A stretch of DNA of 10,490 bases from the UHGV virus genome UHGV-0050635; one strand, written 5' to 3'. How positions within the stretch are numbered: the stretch's first letter is position 1; each line of letters opens with the position of its first letter. Below the pieces are notes generated by a model that was given only the letters and a program-made list of their open reading frames with translations, did not search any database and was not told the origin of the DNA. Positions 6,521 to 10,490 of the stretch are shown piece after piece. The translations under genes and the position numbers were made by a program. Origin of the DNA: a virus.

Positions 6521-6548
6521 GTGTATTCACTCGTTGGAATGAATACAC
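6521..6548. repeat. Perfect 9-bp inverted repeat (gtgtattca N10 tgaatacac) in the intergenic region
   Basis: Seen directly in sequence. Candidate protein-binding site or RNA hairpin within the pL transcript. Confidence 0.5.
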
Positions 6549-6592
6549 AGTGCTGTGTTTATTCTGTTGTTTATGCTAAAAATAAAGGCCGA

Positions 6593-7216
6593 CTATGCGG
6601 CCTCGGAAGGAAGTCCAATCATCTTATTCAAATCTTCTACCCGTAAAGCAGGAAGTGCTGTACTTGCTTTATCTGCTTCTTTTGGTAGCAATTCTTTGCT
6701 TTCAGGCCAAACCTCAATAAGTCGCTTAACTGTTGTGACTGAGTTCAAAGCAGCCCATACATTTGATTCGATATCCTTTTTCTTGGCTTCAAGTTTTTGT
6801 TGCAATGCGCAGATTTCATCAAACCTTTTTGTTATTTCGTGTTCTGCGCTAAACATGCATTTATCTTTTATCGGAGTAGGGAGAAATATATCTTCGCCGT
6901 TGCCGTCTTTCCCATATGAATGCCATCCAACCCTTCTGCCAGATACAGTCAGATAAATTGAAGTAGAACGAAAATCGTATGAGTAAAATGAACATCCCAT
7001 CTTTCCAAGTTCTTCACTTATAGCTACCAACTTGGATGATAACTGATCCACTTCCTCAGTTTTCTTTTTACCGCCAAACGCAATAACTCTGGCGTCAAGT
7101 GCAAGCTGGTTCTTTAACTTTGTTACTTCTTCAAGCTCAGTGAAAACCCCAGACTTAATTAAAGCGTTACGAGCGATTTCCTCTTTCATTCTCGTAGTTA
7201 AGCGGATTGATGACAT
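6593..7216 (-). CDS. Hypothetical protein (207 aa) in the accessory hotspot between cIII and ral
   Basis: ATG at 7216 with GAGGA 6 nt upstream (the track ORF starts at an upstream TTG). No predicted transmembrane character and no recognisable family. A hairpin overlaps the stop codon (6585-6602). Confidence 0.7.
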   Translation of the reverse strand: MSSIRLTTRMKEEIARNALIKSGVFTELEEVTKLKNQLALDARVIAFGGKKKTEEVDQLSSKLVAISEELGKMGCSFYSYDFRSTSIYLTVSGRRVGWHSYGKDGNGEDIFLPTPIKDKCMFSAEHEITKRFDEICALQQKLEAKKKDIESNVWAALNSVTTVKRLIEVWPESKELLPKEADKASTALPALRVEDLNKMIGLPSEAA

Positions 7217-7252
7217 ATTAATTCCTCTCAAATAAGAAAATAAAGGCCACCA

Positions 7253-7453
7253 TCAGGCAGCCTTGTTGTTCAGTTCACCAAGTTCTCTGGCAATCATTGC
7301 CGTCGTTCGTATTGCCCATTTATCGACATATTTCCCATCTTCCATTACAGGAAACATTTCTTCAGGCTTAACCATGCATTCCGATTGCAGCTTGCATCCA
7401 TTGCATCGTTTGAATTGTCCACACCATTGATTCTTATCAATAGTCGTAGTCAT
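7253..7453 (-). CDS. ral: Ral-like restriction alleviation protein (66 aa)
   Basis: Translation MTTTIDKNQWCGQFKRCNGCKLQSECMVKPEEMFPVMEDGKYVDKWAIRTTAMIARELG... matches my recollection of lambda Ral nearly residue for residue, and the gene sits at the lambda ral position between N and cIII. Confidence 0.7.
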   Translation of the reverse strand: MTTTIDKNQWCGQFKRCNGCKLQSECMVKPEEMFPVMEDGKYVDKWAIRTTAMIARELGELNNKAA

Positions 7454-7523
7454 ACGGATAGTCCTGGTATTGTTCCATCACATCTTGAGGATGCTCTTCG
7501 AACTCTTCAAATTCTTCTTCCAT
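7437..7523 (-). CDS. Candidate micro-ORF encoding a 28-aa highly acidic/aromatic peptide (MEEEFEEFEEHPQDVMEQYQDYPYDYDY); not in the supplied ORF track
   Basis: ATG at 7523 preceded by GAGGTGA at 4-nt spacing. The stop TGA at 7437-7439 overlaps the ral start region by 17 nt. Found by manual translation. Confidence 0.35.
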   Translation of the reverse strand: MEEEFEEFEEHPQDVMEQYQDYPYDYDY

Positions 7524-7578
7524 ATCTCACCTCAAATAAGTGGTTTGCTGCGAAAAAGTAAAACAATGATATTCACTT

Positions 7579-7845
7579 CTATTTGTCATCGTGTAAGTGA
7601 CGCAGGTTATTAACTCGCGGCCAGTAATATTTTGGCTTGGCACGAGATCCGGGTCTTGGACCTACGCAAACTATATAGCTCTCTTCTTTCCTCGGAAGGC
7701 CAGGTGCATCTAGCAGACGGCCTAGTTCGAATTTTTTTACGTTGACACCAGGAGGAATCACCTCGACGATAAACCCGATTTTTACCTTCGTTACACCGTT
7801 TGATGAGCTTGACCATTTAACTTCATCGTTCAATTTGAACTTCAT
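7579..7845 (-). CDS. Hypothetical protein (88 aa; alternative ATG at 7848)
   Basis: Tandem ATG codons at 7848 and 7845 with GAGG just upstream. Located directly after the N-remnant stop, i.e. in the position of the first gene downstream of N. Confidence 0.65.
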   Translation of the reverse strand: MKFKLNDEVKWSSSSNGVTKVKIGFIVEVIPPGVNVKKFELGRLLDAPGLPRKEESYIVCVGPRPGSRAKPKYYWPRVNNLRHLHDDK

Positions 7846-7853
7846 CATTAACC

Positions 7854-7955
7854 TCAATCGTAATAAGCTGGAATTGATTTTCCGCGTTGTTTCTGGCGGC
7901 CTGAGCAGGTCACACCCATTTCACTGCGTGGCTTGCTGTAATAAATTCGGTTAGT
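7854..7955 (-). pseudogene. Remnant of the 3' end of a lambda-like N gene (33 in-frame codons: TNRIYYSKPRSEMGVTCSGRQKQRGKSIPAYYD) downstream of nun
   Basis: Manual translation of the - strand between the nun terminator and the 88-aa gene gives a peptide closely resembling the lambda N C-terminal region (..YSKPGERGITCSGRQKIKGKSIP..). There is no RBS and it begins after an in-frame stop. Confidence 0.5.
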
Positions 7956-7960
7956 TCAGA

Positions 7961-7985
7961 CAATAAAAAACCCACCGAAGTGGGC
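7961..7985 (-). terminator. Rho-independent terminator on the - strand immediately after nun
   Basis: On the - strand, stem cccac-ttcg-gtggg is followed by TTTTTTATTG. Confidence 0.65.
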
Positions 7986-8314
7986 TATGACCATTTTTTA
8001 TTTGGATTTCGTTGGTGAGCGTGATTAACAACTCTGTGCATTACATCCTCATATTTTTCATCTTCAATTTTTTCGACATCGCGAGGAAATGGTGTTGCTA
8101 ATGCTTTGTCAACTTTATCCATTGGGTCTTCATTAATCTTATATTCAGGACCGTCATCTATAGCATTAAATCCAGGTGTTACACCGTTTTTTAATGCATA
8201 TGCTATCCTCTTTTCCCATCTCGCTATTCTCCTCCTGTCTCGAGATGTAAGACCTCTATCAGATACTTTTCTGTTTTGTCCGCGGTCAGGATTAACATAA
8301 ATAGTCTTTTTCAC
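7985..8314 (-). CDS. nun: Nun-like transcription termination / phage-exclusion protein (HK022 Nun type), about 109 aa
   Basis: Contains the arginine-rich motif DRGLTSRDRRRIARWEKRIAYALK and the C-terminus ...NPNKKWS with the penultimate Trp characteristic of HK022 Nun. Start is uncertain: GTG 8314, ATG 8317 or ATG 8323. Confidence 0.8.
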   Translation of the reverse strand: MKKTIYVNPDRGQNRKVSDRGLTSRDRRRIARWEKRIAYALKNGVTPGFNAIDDGPEYKINEDPMDKVDKALATPFPRDVEKIEDEKYEDVMHRVVNHAHQRNPNKKWS

Positions 8315-8325
8315 CATAAGCATAC

Positions 8326-8631
8326 TCAATAAGCACCGTACGGTAGTTTACTGTACAATTTTATTTTTTGGACTGCATGTATTTTGTTTCCTAATGGGTT
8401 TGAATCTTTGTAATAAATACTTCTATTTTTTCGAACGACTTCTTCTTTCTTCTTGCAGCAAAGGATTCCTAGTGATGCTGCTTTGTCTGCTTTGACGCAA
8501 CCAGAGAGCTTTAGCGCAATTTTTCGCGCCAGTGCTTCATTACTGCGTCGCTCGGCAATAAGTTCTGCTCTGCGAGCTTTGTAGCGGCTTTTTGCCGTAC
8601 CTTTGGATTCTTTCCAGACAATGGTTACCAT
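8326..8631 (-). CDS. N: N-like transcription antiterminator, phage-21-type arginine-rich motif (101 aa)
   Basis: ATG at 8631 with AAGGAG 6 nt upstream. The N-terminal GTAKSRYKARRAELIAERR is the phage 21 N ARM as I recall it. The C-terminal region resembles N-family tails. A cognate nutL lies upstream. Confidence 0.8.
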   Translation of the reverse strand: MVTIVWKESKGTAKSRYKARRAELIAERRSNEALARKIALKLSGCVKADKAASLGILCCKKKEEVVRKNRSIYYKDSNPLGNKIHAVQKIKLYSKLPYGAY

Positions 8632-8741
8632 GATGGTCTCCTTTAAGTGGCTTTGGCGCATGACGCGTCGAGGTGCTTATCTTCTCGATCGCTGTCTTGC
8701 AGCTGCAATTCGCGCCATCCCCAAAACCACTCAAGTTCTGG

Positions 8742-8781
8742 TCTCAACGGTTAGGTTGAGAGTCCGTCGATGTTAAAGAGC
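8742..8781 (-). promoter_or_regulatory. nutL: boxA (GCTCTTTAACA, forward 8771-8781) and boxB hairpin (TCTCAAC-CTAACC-GTTGAGA, forward 8742-8761)
   Basis: Read on the - strand between pL and N. BoxA matches the lambdoid boxA consensus family. BoxB is a 7-bp stem with a CUAACC loop, and a near-identical boxA and loop occur at nutR. Confidence 0.6.
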
Positions 8782-8827
8782 CTGCCAATCTGTTCCGTTT
8801 GGCTTCCAGCGTCCTGCTGATGGCTTA

Positions 8828-8881
8828 AATTTAAGACTTCTTAATTTATTGGTCAAGTGCATTTTTGAAGAAAACTTAATT
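8828..8881 (-). promoter_or_regulatory. OL/pL: two P22-type operators (8829-8846 ATTTAAGACTTCTTAATT; 8864-8881 TTTGAAGAAAACTTAATT) overlapping a leftward promoter (-35 TTGACC forward 8851-8856, -10 TAAATT forward 8828-8833)
   Basis: Operators fit the P22 c2 consensus AnTnAAG-N4-CTTnAnT. The promoter hexamers on the - strand are separated by a 17-bp spacer. Confidence 0.6.
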
Positions 8882-8920
8882 TTATGGGCGTGAATTTAGT
8901 TTGTCTTTGATTTTTAACGG

Positions 8921-8948
8921 GAAATAAAAAAGGGGCGAAAGCCCCTTA
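8921..8948 (-). terminator. Rho-independent terminator of the repressor transcript (- strand)
   Basis: On the - strand, stem aggggc-tttc-gcccct is followed by TTTTTTATTTCC. It overlaps the c2 stop codon. Confidence 0.7.
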
Positions 8949-9596
8949 AGGAAGGTTTGCTAGCTTGGCATCAACGACAACGCCAATGATTTTACAGTTC
9001 CCATTGATTTCAATCATTGGGTATTGTGGATTGAGTGGTTTCAGGAATTTTCTACCGGCATCAATAACTAACTTTTTGAATGTCGCCTCGTTTTCTCCTT
9101 CAAGTTTGGCGACTACCAACTTTCCATTACGTGGTTCGACTTCTGGGTCGACGAGAATAATCATCCCCTCAGGAATACTCAGTCCTGCCGGGGCAGTCAT
9201 TGAATCGCCTTTAACGTCGAGCCAAAAAGAGTCTTCAGAACAATCTACCGTTGTGTCGTACCAGTTATCTATTGCACGCCTATGATATGGCTCTACAGCT
9301 TCCATCCAACATCCTGCGCTTACCCAACTAATTAGAGGATACGAACCTCTTGGATCATGCCTGCTGTGATAGGCAATGTTTGAAAGACTATCCTCTCCTT
9401 TCAACAGGTAATCAGGGGAGCACTGCAAAGCCTTGGCTAAGGCCAATAGGTTTTCGCCATTGGGCTCAGTTTCAGATCGCTCCCATTGGGAAATAGCAAC
9501 ATTAGACACGCCAACCATCTTGCCAAGGGCAGCCTGCCTAATCTTGAGTTCTTTTCTGCGAGCGCGAATACGCTCACCCATCAGTTGTGTATTCAT
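8946..9596 (-). CDS. c2: Phage repressor, P22 C2 type (LexA/S24-like autocleaving repressor with N-terminal HTH), 216 aa
   Basis: Translation MNTQLMGERIRARRKELKIRQAALGKMVGVSNVAISQWERSETEPNG...IIGVVVDAKLANLP is nearly identical to my recollection of P22 C2. P22-type operators flank it on both sides. Confidence 0.9.
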   Translation of the reverse strand: MNTQLMGERIRARRKELKIRQAALGKMVGVSNVAISQWERSETEPNGENLLALAKALQCSPDYLLKGEDSLSNIAYHSRHDPRGSYPLISWVSAGCWMEAVEPYHRRAIDNWYDTTVDCSEDSFWLDVKGDSMTAPAGLSIPEGMIILVDPEVEPRNGKLVVAKLEGENEATFKKLVIDAGRKFLKPLNPQYPMIEINGNCKIIGVVVDAKLANLP

Positions 9597-9662
9597 AGTT
9601 AAGACATCTTAAATAAACTTGACTTAAGATTCCTTTGGTGGATAATTTAAGTGTTCTTTAAT
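9597..9662. promoter_or_regulatory. OR region: three P22-type operators (OR3 9597-9614, OR2 9622-9639, OR1 9645-9662) with pR (-35 TTGACT 9619-9624, -10 GATAAT 9641-9646) and divergent pRM
   Basis: AGTTAAGACATCTTAAAT and ATTTAAGTGTTCTTTAAT are perfect matches to AnTnAAG-N4-CTTnAnT; ACTTAAGATTCCTTTGGT has one mismatch. The region lies between divergent c2 and cro. Confidence 0.7.
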
Positions 9663-9676
9663 TTCGGAGCGAGTCT

Positions 9677-9862
9677 ATGTACAAAAAAGATGTTATTGAC
9701 CACTTCGGAACCCAGCGTGCTGTTGCTAAAGCACTAGGCATTAGCGATGCAGCAGTCTCTCAGTGGAAAGAAGTTATCCCAGAGAAAGACGCCTATCGAT
9801 TGGAAATCGTTACAGCTGGCGCCCTGAAGTATCAAGAAAGTGCTTACCGCCAAGCGGCATAA
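9677..9862 (+). CDS. cro: Cro repressor, P22 type (61 aa)
   Basis: Translation MYKKDVIDHFGTQRAVAKALGISDAAVSQWKEVIPEKDAYRLEIVTAGALKYQ... matches recalled P22 Cro. GGAG RBS upstream. Confidence 0.9.
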   Translation: MYKKDVIDHFGTQRAVAKALGISDAAVSQWKEVIPEKDAYRLEIVTAGALKYQESAYRQAA

Positions 9863-9870
9863 GCAAATTG

Positions 9871-9910
9871 CTCTTTAACAGTTCTGGCCTTTCACCTCTA
9901 ACCGGGTGAG
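9871..9910 (+). promoter_or_regulatory. nutR: boxA (GCTCTTTAACA 9871-9881) and boxB hairpin (TCACC-TCTAACCG-GGTGA 9893-9910)
   Basis: Same boxA as nutL and a boxB loop sharing CUAACC with the nutL boxB. Located between cro and c1, as in lambda. Confidence 0.55.
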
Positions 9911-9959
9911 CAAACATCAGCGGCAAATCCATTGGGTGTGCCGCTATAACTCAATATCA

Positions 9960-10000
9960 ATATAGGAAAATTAACAAATGGCACAAGCAAGCTACAGCAA
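9960..10000 (-). promoter_or_regulatory. Candidate pRE (cII/C1-activated establishment promoter): TTGC-N6-TTGC on the - strand (forward 9987-10000)
   Basis: The - strand reads TTGCTGTAGCTTGC overlapping the 5' end of c1, the classical arrangement of the cII binding site at pRE. Confidence 0.5.
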
Positions 10001-10274
10001 GCCAACACAGCGAGAAATTGATCGCGCTGAAACTGATTTACTCATCAACCTGTCAACGCTTACCCATCGCGGTCTGGCAAAGATGATTGGCTGTCATGAA
10101 TCGAAGATAAGCAGAACGGACTGGAGATTTATTGCTTCGGTCTTGTGTGCTTTCGGAATGGCATCAGACATCAGTCCGATTAGCAGGGCTTTTAAGTATG
10201 CGCTTGATGAAATCACAAAGAAAAAATCCCCGGCCGCCACCGAGGATTTTAAGCAAATTGATATGCAATTCTGA
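9978..10274 (+). CDS. c1: cII-like transcriptional activator (P22 C1 type), 98 aa
   Basis: HTH region plus C-terminus [18 protein letters not shown] paralleling lambda cII (..KKRPAATERSEQIQMEF). Position after cro and nutR. Confidence 0.85.
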   Translation: MAQASYSKPTQREIDRAETDLLINLSTLTHRGLAKMIGCHESKISRTDWRFIASVLCAFGMASDISPISRAFKYALDEITKKKSPAATEDFKQIDMQF

Positions 10275-10306
10275 GGGAATTACTGGATCAATCCACAGGA
10301 GTAATT

Positions 10307-10453
10307 ATGACAAAACAACTCAGTCCTTACCAGGACAAAATTCACAAACACATACTACGTGATCGCTTCCTGTCCAGCTTCAAGCAGCCTGGTCGATTTC
10401 GGGCTGAGTTGGAAAAGGTGAAGCTGATGCAGAAGGAGAAAGGTCATGAGTAA
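10307..10453 (+). CDS. Small hypothetical protein (48 aa), P22 orf48-like, between c1 and the replication gene
   Basis: ATG at 10307 with AGGAG 6 nt upstream. Manual translation [48 protein letters not shown]. The stop overlaps the next start. Confidence 0.55.
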   Translation: MTKQLSPYQDKIHKHILRDRFLSSFKQPGRFRAELEKVKLMQKEKGHE

Positions 10454-10490
10454 TCTTGCAACCGTAACACATTTAAGGCCTTCACAACGG
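10446..10490 (+). CDS. 5' end of the next rightward gene, probably the O-like replication initiator (truncated by the window edge)
   Basis: ATG at 10446 with AGGAGAAAGG upstream, overlapping the orf48-like stop. Only 15 codons are visible ([15 protein letters not shown]), so the identity is positional. Confidence 0.35.
   Translation, partial: MSNLATVTHLRPSQR

Noticed and set aside
3292-8734. Numerous 60-110 aa + strand ORFs (for example 3292..3489, 3587..3793, 3963..4187, 4006..4320, 4448..4639, 4938..5144, 5418..5836, 6555..6956, 7742..7954, 8106..8300) and - strand ORFs 7610..7816 and 8540..8734
   Set aside because: Each is antisense to, or out of frame within, a better-supported gene with RBS and coupling evidence. 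None has a convincing RBS or recognisable product. Treated as shadow ORFs.
8965-9285. 106-aa + strand ORF inside the c2 repressor gene
   Set aside because: Antisense to a near-perfect P22 C2-like coding sequence, with a low-complexity Ser/Thr-rich translation.
10132-10362. 76-aa + strand ORF overlapping c1 and the orf48-like gene in another frame
   Set aside because: Out of frame within c1, whose product is clearly cII/C1-like, with no independent RBS. The orf48-like frame, which has a strong RBS, is preferred downstream.
1-10490. CRISPR arrays, rRNA/tRNA genes, IS elements or transposase genes
   Set aside because: No direct-repeat/spacer periodicity, no foldable tRNA or rRNA-like segment, and no terminal inverted repeats flanking a transposase-like ORF were seen anywhere in the window.

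Overview
Apart from the first ~610 bp, which encode the C-terminal half of a LacY-family MFS sugar transporter (host flank), this window is the early-left arm and immunity region of a mosaic lambdoid prophage. The long leftward (- strand) operon reads, right to left: a P22-type c2 repressor, OL/pL, a phage-21-type nutL and N antiterminator, an HK022-type Nun exclusion protein followed by a lambda-like N C-terminal remnant, an 88-aa unknown, a 28-aa acidic micro-ORF, Ral, a 207-aa unknown, cIII-like and kil-position genes, a Rad52-like annealase plus SSB, a block of small coupled unknowns, a MazG-like pyrophosphohydrolase, an AT-rich moron and an AlpA/Xis-like gene. Rightward (+) from the immunity region are OR/pR, P22-type cro, nutR, c1 (cII-like), orf48-like and the start of an O-like replication gene. 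No integrase is present next to the xis-like gene. The most interesting candidates are the N + Nun tandem with its N fossil, the uncharacterised genes at the classic exclusion hotspot around ral, the MazG-like fusion protein and an SSB with a masked C-terminal tip. All protein identifications rest on reading the translations and on recalled family sequences; no database search was run.
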